From positions 220,101-284,100 of the forward strand of contig CAVPVO010000004.1 of NCBI GenBank assembly GCA_963709215.1: a stretch of DNA of 64,000 nt, read 5' to 3'. Both the position numbers and the translations under genes were made by a program. Of the stretch, positions 43,650 through 52,676 are shown one piece after another (within the stretch, counting starts at the first letter, position 1; each line of letters opens with the position of its first letter). The DNA is from Terriglobia bacterium (GTDB lineage: Bacteria; Acidobacteriota; Terriglobia; Bryobacterales; Bryobacteraceae). The notes under the pieces were generated by a model. The model saw nothing but the letters and a program-made list of their open reading frames with translations, searched no databases and had not been told where the DNA came from.

Positions 43650-45566
43650 ATGCGGAAAGCCCTCGTCTGCGCGACCCTCGCTCTGGCCGCGATCGCACTC
43701 CTGGCGCAGGATACGGATAACTTGTCCGGGAAATACTACGCCGCCATCCGCGAAAACAACCTGGCGCAGCTGAAATCTCTCCTCGACTCGAACCCCAACG
43801 TCACAGACGACCGCGGCATCACCCCGCTCATGTATGCCGCCGAAATCGGCTCCCTCGACGCCATGCGGCTTCTCATCGACCGCGGCGCCGATGTCAACCT
43901 GCAGAACAACTTTGGTTCCACCGCGCTGATGTGGTCCGTTTCCGATGCCGCGAAAGTACGGCTGCTTCTGGATCACGGCGCACAGGTCAACACCGTCGCG
44001 CGCAGCGGACGCACCGCTCTGATCGTCGCGGCGTTCGCCAATCCGTCGGCCGAAGTGGTGAAGCTGCTGCTCGCAAAAGGTGCGAAGGTCGACGTCATGG
44101 ATGCGCGCCACGTCACGCCGCTCAACGCGGCCACTTTCGGCAACGACACTGCCACCACCCGGCTTCTGCTCGACGCCAACGCCGACATCAACACGCCCGA
44201 CACGTTCATCGGCCTGACGCCTCTGATGAACGCCGCGGGCAATCGGAACGTGGAAGCCGTGAAGCTGCTGCTGGCCAAAGGCGCGGCCGTGAACGCCGTT
44301 TCGAAGACCGAGGGGCTGCCGAAGATTCAGACCGGCACCGTTGAATTCGGCGGCTGGACACCTTTATTAATGGCGTCGGCTTTCGGGCCGTCCGAAGCCG
44401 TCAACATCCTTCTCAATGCGGGCGCGAAAATCGACGCGCAGGACTACCGCGGCTTCACTCCGCTCATGCTCGCGGTGGGGACGGATCGGTACGACCGCCA
44501 CACTGTCGACCTGCTTCTCTCGCACCACGCCGACCTTCGCCCCATGAATCACGATGGCGAAACGGCTCTCGACTGGGCTTACAAATTCAACGATGCCGAA
44601 GTCATTCGGGCGGTGGGCGGCAAACCCCAGGACATCGCGAAACCGGCGCAGCTTCCGGCTGAAATTCCGGACACACGCACCGCTATCACGCGCAGCCTGG
44701 ATCTGCTGACGCGGACGAACGACCAGTTCTTCAGGAAGGCCGCCTGCTTCGCCTGTCACGAACAGCCGCCTTCGACATTCGCCGCCGCCGCCGCACGCGC
44801 CAAAGGCATTCCAGTCGACGATAAAGCCTTCCGCGAGCGCCTGCTGCAGATCACGTCCACGATCAACGCCGTCGCGCTCGAAGGCGCGGCTGCGCTGGGC
44901 GGGGCGGATAACAATCTCTATTCCGTGGAAGCTCTGGTACGCGGTGGCTACGCTCCCAATCGCATTACCGATTACCTGGCCGCGAATCTCGCGCTCTCGC
45001 AGGGCGGCGATGGCGGATGGCATCTGCCCGGCTATTCGCGTTCGCCACTGCAGGACAGCGATTTCTCGCGTACGGCCATGGCCATGCGCGGCCTCAAAAC
45101 CTACGGTACGCCCGGGCGCGCTTCCGAGACGAAGGAGCGCCTGGCGCGCGGCAAGCAGTTCCTGCTGCATGCTGACCCGGTCATCCTTGAAGACATGGAT
45201 ATGCGGCTGGTGGGGGTAGCTGCGGCGGGCGCGACGCCGGCTGAGTTACGCAAACTCGCGGAGCCGATTCTCGCCGTACAGCGATCCGATGGCGGCTGGG
45301 CGCAGCGCCAGGGTTTTCCGAGCGACGCCTATGCCACCGGGATGACTATCTGGGCGCTCAATGAATCGGGCGTGATGCGACCCGAGGCGAAGGCCGTAAA
45401 ATTCCTGCTCGGCACGCAGGCCGATGACGGCTCGTGGCACGTCTCCAGCCGGGCGACGAAGTTCCAGCAGTATTTCGAAAGTGGCTTTCCGTACGGCCAC
45501 GACCAGTGGATTTCCACCATGGCTACGGGGTGGGCAGCGAATGCCCTGGCGCTGTCGCTGCCCTGA
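43650..45566 (+). CDS. secreted ankyrin-repeat protein fused to a CxxCH motif and prenyltransferase/terpene-cyclase-like alpha-toroid repeats
   Basis: Signal MRKALVCATLALAAIALLAQ. At least 7 ankyrin repeats (GITPLMYAAEIGSLDAMRLLIDRGADVN ...). AACFACHEQ. Then QGGDGGWH, QRSDGGWAQRQGFPSDAYATGMTIWAL and GTQADDGSWH repeats. Confidence 0.65.
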   Translation: MRKALVCATLALAAIALLAQDTDNLSGKYYAAIRENNLAQLKSLLDSNPNVTDDRGITPLMYAAEIGSLDAMRLLIDRGADVNLQNNFGSTALMWSVSDAAKVRLLLDHGAQVNTVARSGRTALIVAAFANPSAEVVKLLLAKGAKVDVMDARHVTPLNAATFGNDTATTRLLLDANADINTPDTFIGLTPLMNAAGNRNVEAVKLLLAKGAAVNAVSKTEGLPKIQTGTVEFGGWTPLLMASAFGPSEAVNILLNAGAKIDAQDYRGFTPLMLAVGTDRYDRHTVDLLLSHHADLRPMNHDGETALDWAYKFNDAEVIRAVGGKPQDIAKPAQLPAEIPDTRTAITRSLDLLTRTNDQFFRKAACFACHEQPPSTFAAAAARAKGIPVDDKAFRERLLQITSTINAVALEGAAALGGADNNLYSVEALVRGGYAPNRITDYLAANLALSQGGDGGWHLPGYSRSPLQDSDFSRTAMAMRGLKTYGTPGRASETKERLARGKQFLLHADPVILEDMDMRLVGVAAAGATPAELRKLAEPILAVQRSDGGWAQRQGFPSDAYATGMTIWALNESGVMRPEAKAVKFLLGTQADDGSWHVSSRATKFQQYFESGFPYGHDQWISTMATGWAANALALSLP

Positions 45567-45917
45567 TAAGGTTCCCCGGGGTTCGTTTGGCAAAAATCGG
45601 TTTGGCCACCGATGAACACGGATTAACCCGGATAAGACCCAGGCAAATAAGAGCTTCATTGCGATCCCAGTATGACGCGCGTTTTGACGGATGAGCGGCC
45701 GCATGGCGGGCTATTGGTGATTCTAACCGGAATATAAGCTCCGCCCTGTCGTGAACAGCGAAATCCCCATCCGGGTTGACATGCCTCCGGACAATACAAT
45801 TCCACCTGCTGCCATCATTCTTTCCTCACCATAGAAACTTTGGATACATCAGATTGTTTTTGTGTATACTGGGCGTAGCGGACCACATGAGTCCGTCGCG
45901 ATGGAGCGGATATACCC

Positions 45918-46217
45918 ATGAATCGAAAGATCTTACTTGTTGCAACTGTGATCGCTGGCCTCGCCGGAGCCCGGGCTTTAGTTTCCACGGCATCGGCTAA
46001 CCCCCACATGGATGTGGATACGGCCGCCTTCAAGCCCACCCTCGAACTGCTTCGCCTGATGGACATCGACGAAAACGGCAAGGTCTCCAAAGCCGAGTAC
46101 ATGAAATTCATGGAAGCTGAGTTCAACCGCCTCGACATCAATCGCGACGGCGAACTGGACCTGAAAGAACTCGGGGCCAGCCGGTATCACATCCAGGGCG
46201 GAGCCCGCGGGCGATAA
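45918..46217 (+). CDS. small secreted EF-hand calcium-binding protein
   Basis: Signal peptide. Two EF-hand loops, DIDENGKVSKAE and DINRDGELDLKE. Confidence 0.8.
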   Translation: MNRKILLVATVIAGLAGARALVSTASANPHMDVDTAAFKPTLELLRLMDIDENGKVSKAEYMKFMEAEFNRLDINRDGELDLKELGASRYHIQGGARGR

Positions 46218-46222
46218 AAGAA

Positions 46223-46242
46223 CCGGCGGCAAGACCGCCGGC
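46223..46242. terminator. GC-rich hairpin CCGGCGG-CAAGA-CCGCCGG between convergent genes (member of a repeated ~35-nt element)
   Basis: It lies directly after the EF-hand stop and 10 nt before the minus-strand M20 stop. The same sequence occurs at 61158-61182. Confidence 0.5.
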
Positions 46243-46252
46243 GCTACAGCCT

Positions 46253-47641
46253 TCAGTGTTTTGCCGCGATGGAGTTGACTGTGTCCCAGAGAAACTCCAC
46301 GTGCCGGTAGATTGCCTCTTCGAGCACACGCTCCTGATCACTATGCGGCCCGAATCCTTTCGCGCCGTCTTCTTCATCGACCATCGCGCCGACCCCGTAG
46401 CACTGCACACCTTTCGCGCGCAGGAACGCCATGTCGGTCGCGCCCGTACTCATCTGCGGCATCGTGATCACGCCGTAGATTTTCCTGTAAGCCGCTTCGA
46501 TCGCCTTGTACGCTTCCGAATCGAGCCGTGAAGGCGAGGCGCCCGGCCGCGCATTCTTCGATTCCGGTATCAGCTTCACCGCTGGATCGTTGATCACCTT
46601 GCGCATGGCGTCGTAGAACGCTTCGATGTTTTCATCCGGCAGCGCGCGGATATCGAGCGTGGCCTCGGCTTCGGACGGAATCACGTTCACCTGATAGCCG
46701 CCCTTGATGATGTTGGGCGAAATCGAAGTGTGCAGCATCGAGTAAAGCGTCGGTTCGTTTTCGGCGAGGTATTCGCGTGCCGCAGCCGCCTTTTCCGGGT
46801 TGAAGAGGTCGCGGTAGTGCGCCGCGGTTACCGGATCGCTGACGGTGGCGAGTTTCTCGAAGTAATAGCGAGTCGTGTCGTTGAAGCGCGTGGGCGGCTC
46901 CCACGCCGCGATCGTCGCCACGGCCTTTGACAGATGCACCAGCGCGTTAGAGCGCAGCGGCCTCGACCCGTGCCCCGCCGGACCGGACGCCACCAGCCGC
47001 GCACCCTTTGGCTGTTTTTCCGTCGTCTCGACTGTCGCGAAAAGCGCCTTTCCATCGCGCCGCCGCACGCCGCCGCCTTCGGCCAGCACGTACTCGGCTT
47101 CGATTTCCTTCCAGTGATCGTTGACCAGATACTCGATGCCGGGCCCGGTGGAAGCTTCTTCGCCGACCTCGGATACGAAGATCACGTCGCGGTCGAGAGG
47201 CACTTTCAGCCGCTTCAGCAGCACCATCGTCATCAGATCGGCGATGAGATCGCTCTTGTCGTCGAGGGTGCCGCGACCATATATGTAACCGCCATCGCGC
47301 GCCGCGCTGAACGGCGGAAACTTCCACTTCATCGGATCCACCTGCACCACGTCGCTGTGGCCCATGATCAGAAGCGGACGCCGGCTGCCGTTGCCTTTGA
47401 TCCGCGCAATCACATTGGCGCGCGCCGGCTCTTTCGCCGCGAGGGTTACCGGAATGCCTTCGGCTTCGAGAACCTTGCGGACGTACTCCGCGACGCGCGT
47501 CTCGTTGCCCGGGGGATCGCTCGAATCGATCTGCACCAGCGCCTGAAAGTGTTTCAGCGTTTCCGTGTTGACTTTCTGCCAGTCGGGCGTCTGCGCGGAA
47601 AGCGCGGCGGCCAGAAGAACGCAGAGCAAGGCTGTTCGCAT
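46253..47641 (-). CDS. M20/M25/M40 family metallopeptidase, secreted
   Basis: Signal peptide. LLIMGHSDVVQVDPMKWKFPPFSAARDGGYIYGRGTLDDKS. ..FVSEVGEE. Confidence 0.8.
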   Translation of the reverse strand: MRTALLCVLLAAALSAQTPDWQKVNTETLKHFQALVQIDSSDPPGNETRVAEYVRKVLEAEGIPVTLAAKEPARANVIARIKGNGSRRPLLIMGHSDVVQVDPMKWKFPPFSAARDGGYIYGRGTLDDKSDLIADLMTMVLLKRLKVPLDRDVIFVSEVGEEASTGPGIEYLVNDHWKEIEAEYVLAEGGGVRRRDGKALFATVETTEKQPKGARLVASGPAGHGSRPLRSNALVHLSKAVATIAAWEPPTRFNDTTRYYFEKLATVSDPVTAAHYRDLFNPEKAAAAREYLAENEPTLYSMLHTSISPNIIKGGYQVNVIPSEAEATLDIRALPDENIEAFYDAMRKVINDPAVKLIPESKNARPGASPSRLDSEAYKAIEAAYRKIYGVITMPQMSTGATDMAFLRAKGVQCYGVGAMVDEEDGAKGFGPHSDQERVLEEAIYRHVEFLWDTVNSIAAKH

Positions 47642-47662
47642 GGCTCAGTGTAGCGTTTCAGC

Positions 47663-50134
47663 CTATTTCGCTGCACGCCCAAAGAAGCGGATGCGCACCA
47701 CGTAGTGGCGGCCCTCATCGCCCAGAAACTGCCGAAAGTCCTGGGAGCCGATCACGTTGTAAACTGCGGTCGGATTGGACTGATTCGTCAGGTTGTCGAC
47801 GCCGCCGCGCAGCGCAAAGCGATAGCCGCGAAGCGTGACCAGACGCTCGATGGCGAGGTTCAGGTCGAAGTTGAACGGGTAGCGATACGAGTCGAACGCC
47901 CCCACCACGATGCCGGTCTGATCGCGCACCGAAAACGGAAATCCGGAGCGCGCATCCGCCAGCACGGACACAGCCCAGTTCTTCGTCAACCGATGATTCT
48001 GCGGCAAGGGGAAATAGGCCCACGCGAGCAACCGGTTCGGCGCGTCCCAGGGCGTCGGGACGAGATTCGGCAGCACCTGCAGCGGCTGTGTCGTGTAAGG
48101 ATCGAGCACGGCATTCGAATGCGACTGCGAACGCGTGTACGACACCATAGACTCATATTGTCCGGAGAGTTTCTTCCGCACCGCGACCTGAAAAGCGTCG
48201 TAGTTATCGCTGCGCGAATTCGTGAGCTGATAGACACCTGGCGAGTCGGCGCCCGGCAGAGGCAAAAGTGAGGGCGGCGCTTGCGGAGCAAGCGTGTTCT
48301 GAAGCGCGAACTCCCGGGTACTGCGGCGACGCAGGTATTTCGCCGTGAGGAACACACGCTCGCCGAACTGCCGGTCCAGAGCCAGATTCCAGTTCGTGGC
48401 GCGCGGCAGAAACAGCCCGCCGTTCGGGATGACGAACGACGTGGCCGCCGGGGGCGCCAACGGTGTCGAGTTCGCGGTGTACTCGGTGGTGTAAGCGATC
48501 TGATCCAGCGGACGCCCGAGTATATCCATGGTCACGGCGTCGTGGGTCAGCGCGAACCCACCCGAGATCCGCGTACTGTCCGACCCGAACGGCGCCCAGG
48601 AAAATGCGGCCCGCGGCGACCATCCGGTGCTGTCAATGCGCCGGTCCCAGTCCGCCCGGATGCCGGCGGTGAACTGCAGCCGCTTCGCAACCCGCCAGGT
48701 ATCCAGCGCGTACCCGGCTGCATCCGTATCGCTGACCTGAAACGTGGCAGGCGATGGAAAGACAGTTTCGGAAAGCAATTGGCCGGCAAGTCCCAGCACT
48801 TCGTAGCCAGTGCGATTAAAGTCGCCGTAGTAGCGCAGCCAGTCGGCATCGGCGCCGACCTCGATCTGGTGGGATCCGAGGAAAGTGAACTTCGGCAGGT
48901 AAGCGTGCACCATCCCTTCATCGCGCGACGCGTTCTGGCGCGCATCGAGAAAATAGTTGCCGCTGTTGCCTGTGGTGGCGATCACATAGAGGTTGTCACC
49001 CTGCGGCGTCTGCGTGTTCGTAAACTCCGTGTGGGCGTAGCCGAATTCGACCAGCGTGCCGCGTCCGAAGAACGCCTGGTCCCTGATGCTGGTGAAGTAT
49101 TCGTGGGCGTGCAGGCTCGTGGTGGTCGAAATCGGATTCAGGGGCGCGAGCCCCAGACGGCCTTCGTTATCGACGTTCACCAGAAAATCCACGTAGAGAA
49201 TATTCGAAGGCGTCAGATTCACCTGCGTGTGCAGCAGATTGCTGCCCGCGAAACCGCTGCGCGTATTTTCGCCGCGCGACAGTCCGGTGATGAGCGAGTC
49301 CGTGTAAGTCGCATCGAAGGTGTCGGAAAACCAGGCCTTCCCTTTGAGGATGGGCCCCGAGACGCCGAATCGCGGATACCAGTTCCCGAGCCGCACACCC
49401 TGTTTGAAGCTCAGCCCCGGAATGAAATCGGTCGCCGTGTAGTGGAATCGGTCTGTGCCGTTTTCCGTCTGAATGTTCATCACACCCGCCGATCCCCTGC
49501 CGTACTGCGGGGAAAACTGACCGGACAACACGTCGAGCGAACGAATCCCCTCCACCGCAAGATCGGTCTGAAACTGGCCGGAAATCGGGTTGGTAATGTT
49601 GAAGCCGTTGAGGACGTAGTTGACCTGATTCCCGGACGACCCGTTGACGTGCAGTGTGCCGCTCTGATCTTCGATGACTCCCGGCATGAGGATCAGCGAA
49701 CTGCGCAGGCTGTGACTGTTGGTATACGGAAGCGCGTTGATTTCGGTCCCGGTCAGCCGTTCCCCGTTCTGCGACTGATCGATGTCCACGGGCGAAGTTT
49801 CCTCATTGACATTTTCCGACTGAAAAATCTCGCGCACCGTGTTGATGACCAGCGTGACTTCCTGATCCGGCTCAACGCTTAAGGCCCGGTCCTTCAGCGC
49901 GTAATATCCTTCGCGCGCGACACTGATTCGGTATTCTCCGGCCGCGGGGAGGCTGAACCGGAATGCACCGTCCGGATCGGTTTGAGCTTCTTCAGAACCG
50001 GCCGTCACGCGGGCATCCGGCACCGGCACGTCGTTTTCGTCGACGACGTGGCCGTTCAGAACCACACCCGCCGCACACAGCGGTATGGCGGCGAGCGCAA
50101 ACAGAACGAGGCGCGATACTGCTGCCACAGGCAC
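47663..50134 (-). CDS. TonB-dependent receptor with N-terminal CarboxypepD_reg domain
   Basis: LNGHVVDENDVPVPDARVTA..DPDGAFRFSLPAGEYRISV. Plug region ..LMPGVIEDQSGTLHVNGSSGNQVNYVLNG. Long beta-barrel. Confidence 0.85.
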   Translation of the reverse strand: MPVAAVSRLVLFALAAIPLCAAGVVLNGHVVDENDVPVPDARVTAGSEEAQTDPDGAFRFSLPAAGEYRISVAREGYYALKDRALSVEPDQEVTLVINTVREIFQSENVNEETSPVDIDQSQNGERLTGTEINALPYTNSHSLRSSLILMPGVIEDQSGTLHVNGSSGNQVNYVLNGFNITNPISGQFQTDLAVEGIRSLDVLSGQFSPQYGRGSAGVMNIQTENGTDRFHYTATDFIPGLSFKQGVRLGNWYPRFGVSGPILKGKAWFSDTFDATYTDSLITGLSRGENTRSGFAGSNLLHTQVNLTPSNILYVDFLVNVDNEGRLGLAPLNPISTTTSLHAHEYFTSIRDQAFFGRGTLVEFGYAHTEFTNTQTPQGDNLYVIATTGNSGNYFLDARQNASRDEGMVHAYLPKFTFLGSHQIEVGADADWLRYYGDFNRTGYEVLGLAGQLLSETVFPSPATFQVSDTDAAGYALDTWRVAKRLQFTAGIRADWDRRIDSTGWSPRAAFSWAPFGSDSTRISGGFALTHDAVTMDILGRPLDQIAYTTEYTANSTPLAPPAATSFVIPNGGLFLPRATNWNLALDRQFGERVFLTAKYLRRRSTREFALQNTLAPQAPPSLLPLPGADSPGVYQLTNSRSDNYDAFQVAVRKKLSGQYESMVSYTRSQSHSNAVLDPYTTQPLQVLPNLVPTPWDAPNRLLAWAYFPLPQNHRLTKNWAVSVLADARSGFPFSVRDQTGIVVGAFDSYRYPFNFDLNLAIERLVTLRGYRFALRGGVDNLTNQSNPTAVYNVIGSQDFRQFLGDEGRHYVVRIRFFGRAAK

Positions 50135-50146
50135 CCTGTGCCGATT

Positions 50147-51100
50147 TTAGAGCAAAGTCGATCTCAGATGCGCGTTCGCCGCGCCGATCGTCGCGCGTAC
50201 TGCGGGCGTATTCGCCAGCGGCCCCAGCGTCACACAGCCGTGAATCGCACCCAACGCTCTCACGGCCGTAACCGGTACTCCGGCCGCAATCAGCTTGTGC
50301 GCAAACCACTCGCCTTCGTCGCGCAGCACATCGAACTCGCAAGTCATGAGGAACGTCGGCGGCATCGCGCGCAGCTGTGCTTCGCTCGACTGCAGTATTG
50401 CGGCGTGCGGGCTGCGACGCGCGTCGCCAGGCGCGTAGTTGTCCCACATCCACTTCATCGAGTCGCGCGTCAGAAAGTAACCATCGGCGAACTGTTTGTA
50501 AGTCGGGGTGTCGGGGTCTGTGTTCGTCACCGGGAAGAAAAGCACGGCGCCGGAAATCTTCGGACCACGTCTCTCCTTCGCCAGCATGCAGACGACCGTA
50601 GCCATGTTTGCGCCCGCGCTGTCTCCGGCTACCGCGATGCGCGACCCGTCGACATTCAGCTCCTGCGCGTGCTCAGCAACATATTTCGTCGCGAAATAAG
50701 CTTCTTCGTTAGCCACCGGAAACCGCACTTCGGGGGAAAGCGAGTACTCCGGAAACACCACCGCCGCGCCGACGCCGACCGCGATCTCATGCACGAGCCT
50801 GCGGTGCGTCCCGAAATCGCACAGCACCCAGCCGCCGCCGTGGAAGTACATCACTACCGGGAGCGGTCCGGATATGCCCGGCGGACGCACGATGTAGAGC
50901 GTCAGATCGCCGTTCGGACCGCCAGGAACGGTTCGCTTCTCCACAACGGCCGCGGGCTCCGGAAACGTATCCGGAAAGGCAGCGCGCATTCCGGACGCCA
51001 TTTCGCGCGCTTCCGCGACGGGCAATTCATGCATCTGCGGTCCGGGCGGACCTGCCGCCAGCATGTCAAGAAACTGCTGTGTGATCGGATCGGGCGCCAT
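50147..51100 (-). CDS. alpha/beta hydrolase, hormone-sensitive-lipase-type esterase
   Basis: VVMYFHGGGWVL (HGGG oxyanion motif). VAGDSAGANMA (GDSAG nucleophile elbow). Confidence 0.85.
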   Translation of the reverse strand: MAPDPITQQFLDMLAAGPPGPQMHELPVAEAREMASGMRAAFPDTFPEPAAVVEKRTVPGGPNGDLTLYIVRPPGISGPLPVVMYFHGGGWVLCDFGTHRRLVHEIAVGVGAAVVFPEYSLSPEVRFPVANEEAYFATKYVAEHAQELNVDGSRIAVAGDSAGANMATVVCMLAKERRGPKISGAVLFFPVTNTDPDTPTYKQFADGYFLTRDSMKWMWDNYAPGDARRSPHAAILQSSEAQLRAMPPTFLMTCEFDVLRDEGEWFAHKLIAAGVPVTAVRALGAIHGCVTLGPLANTPAVRATIGAANAHLRSTLL

Positions 51101-51106
51101 TCAGTT

Positions 51107-51952
51107 TTAGCTCTCCAGTCCCACCAGCTTAGCGGTCTCCTGCCAGAGACGCCGGGCCGATTCGTCGTCGCGGGCTTCAGCCGACGGCCTGGTCTCTTTG
51201 CACTTGTAGAAATAGGCGCCGCTGACCTTTGCCGCTTCGTCCGCCGATGCGAGCCAGACAATCGTTTCCGCGCCTTTCTCCGGCGAAATCGCGAGGTTCT
51301 TCAACAAGCCGAAAATGGCGGTACCGATACCCGGGCCGCTGTTGTCGCCGAAACGCGTGTTGACAAAGCCCGGATGCAGACTGTTTGCGGTAACGCCTGT
51401 TCCCGCGAGGCGCTTCGCGAGTTCGCGCGTGAACAGAATATTGCAGAGTTTCGAGCGTCCGTAAGCGCGAAATCCACTGTATCCCTTTTCCATCTGCAGA
51501 TCGGCGAAGTCGAGCTTCATTCCCTTATGGGCGTGCGATGCAGTCGAAATCACGCGCGCCGGAGCGGCAGCCAGCAAACGTTCGCGCAGCATGTGCGTCA
51601 GTACGAAATACGCCATGTGATTGGTGGCGAACGTCATTTCCAGTCGATCCTCGGTCACTTGCCGCTGCGTAAACATCGCGCCCGCATTGTTGATCAGCAC
51701 GTCGATGCGAGGCTCGCGGGCGGCGATTTCCTCTCCGACGCGCTTCACTTCGCCGACGCGCGAGAGGTCCGCATAATGTACGGAATGGGCGGCCGCGGAA
51801 TTCTTCGCGCGCAACTGAGCGAGGGCAGCCTCGGCTCTGGCGCGGTCGCGCGCTACCAGGACGATACGCGCGCCTTTTGCCGCGAGCGCATCGGCGGCTA
51901 CCTGGCCGATGCCTGATGTGCCGCCGGTGATCACTACCGTCTTGCCGGTCAT
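51107..51952 (-). CDS. SDR family oxidoreductase
   Basis: VVITGGTSGIGQ (TGxxxGxG). YGRSKLCN (YxxxK). Confidence 0.85.
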   Translation of the reverse strand: MTGKTVVITGGTSGIGQVAADALAAKGARIVLVARDRARAEAALAQLRAKNSAAAHSVHYADLSRVGEVKRVGEEIAAREPRIDVLINNAGAMFTQRQVTEDRLEMTFATNHMAYFVLTHMLRERLLAAAPARVISTASHAHKGMKLDFADLQMEKGYSGFRAYGRSKLCNILFTRELAKRLAGTGVTANSLHPGFVNTRFGDNSGPGIGTAIFGLLKNLAISPEKGAETIVWLASADEAAKVSGAYFYKCKETRPSAEARDDESARRLWQETAKLVGLES

Positions 51953-52004
51953 TCCACCAATCTACTTCGCCCGGCCGTCGAAGACACCGGAAAATATTGC
52001 CGGT

Positions 52005-52034
52005 TTGATTGATAACTCCGCAGTGGCCGATAAT
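52005..52034 (+). promoter_or_regulatory. candidate sigma70-type promoter for the NusG paralog
   Basis: TTGATT followed by an 18-nt spacer and GATAAT. GGAGGA at 52049-52054 precedes ATG 52059. Confidence 0.35.
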
Positions 52035-52058
52035 GAGTTTTCGGGTACGGAGGACGCC

Positions 52059-52640
52059 ATGTCGCCGCTGAACACAGACAATTCGCGCGACCCCTGGTAT
52101 GCGCTGTGGGTCCGCGCGCGCCACGAGAAGACGGTCCTCGATATCCTCAGCAGCAAGGGCATCGAGACGTTCCTCCCTGTCTATCGTTCGCGGCGACGCT
52201 GGTCGGACCGCATACAGGAACTCAACCTGCCGCTCATCCCCGGATACGTATTCGGACGCTTTGATGTGAAAAACCGGATGCCGATTCTCACGACACCGGG
52301 CGTGGTGCAGATTGTCGGCGCGGGTAAGAGACCCGAACCTGTAGATGAAATCGAGATGCAGTCACTGATCACCGCCGTCGAGTCCGGCGTTCACCTGCAG
52401 CTCTGGCCTTTTCTCAAAGCCGGCCAGCGGGTTTCGATCGAAGAAGGGCCGCTGCGTTCTCTCGAAGGCATCCTTGTGACAACCAAAGGAAAGGACCAGC
52501 TGATCCTTTCCCTTTCTCTGCTGCAGCGCTCCATTGCGGTTGCGGTGGACCGGCGCTGGGTCCGCCCCATCGGCGACGGTGCACGTTTTGTGGGCGGAGG
52601 CGGCCGGCTGGATCAAGCGTCCGCGCCTGGCCGGGCCTGA
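52059..52640 (+). CDS. NusG-family transcription antitermination paralog (RfaH/UpxY-like)
   Basis: WYALWVRARHEKTVLDILSSKGIETFLPVY..LIPGYVFGRFD (NGN domain). KOW-like AGQRVSIEEGPLRSLEGILV. Confidence 0.75.
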   Translation: MSPLNTDNSRDPWYALWVRARHEKTVLDILSSKGIETFLPVYRSRRRWSDRIQELNLPLIPGYVFGRFDVKNRMPILTTPGVVQIVGAGKRPEPVDEIEMQSLITAVESGVHLQLWPFLKAGQRVSIEEGPLRSLEGILVTTKGKDQLILSLSLLQRSIAVAVDRRWVRPIGDGARFVGGGGRLDQASAPGRA

Positions 52641-52676
52641 TCCGTCTGCCTCGCGGCCGGGATATCATTTCTCAGT

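Noticed and set aside
45567-45917. Riboswitch, small RNA or tRNA in the 350-bp AT-richer intergenic region upstream of the EF-hand gene
   Set aside because: There is no tRNA-like T-arm or anticodon structure and no riboswitch consensus that I recognise. I saw only a weak TATACT box (45865-45870) and a short 6-bp hairpin (GCGGAC...GTCCGT), which is insufficient support.
49982-51916. 644-aa plus-strand ORF opposite the TonB receptor, esterase and SDR genes
   Set aside because: Same reasoning. It is antisense to three well-supported minus-strand genes, Arg-rich, and has no motifs.
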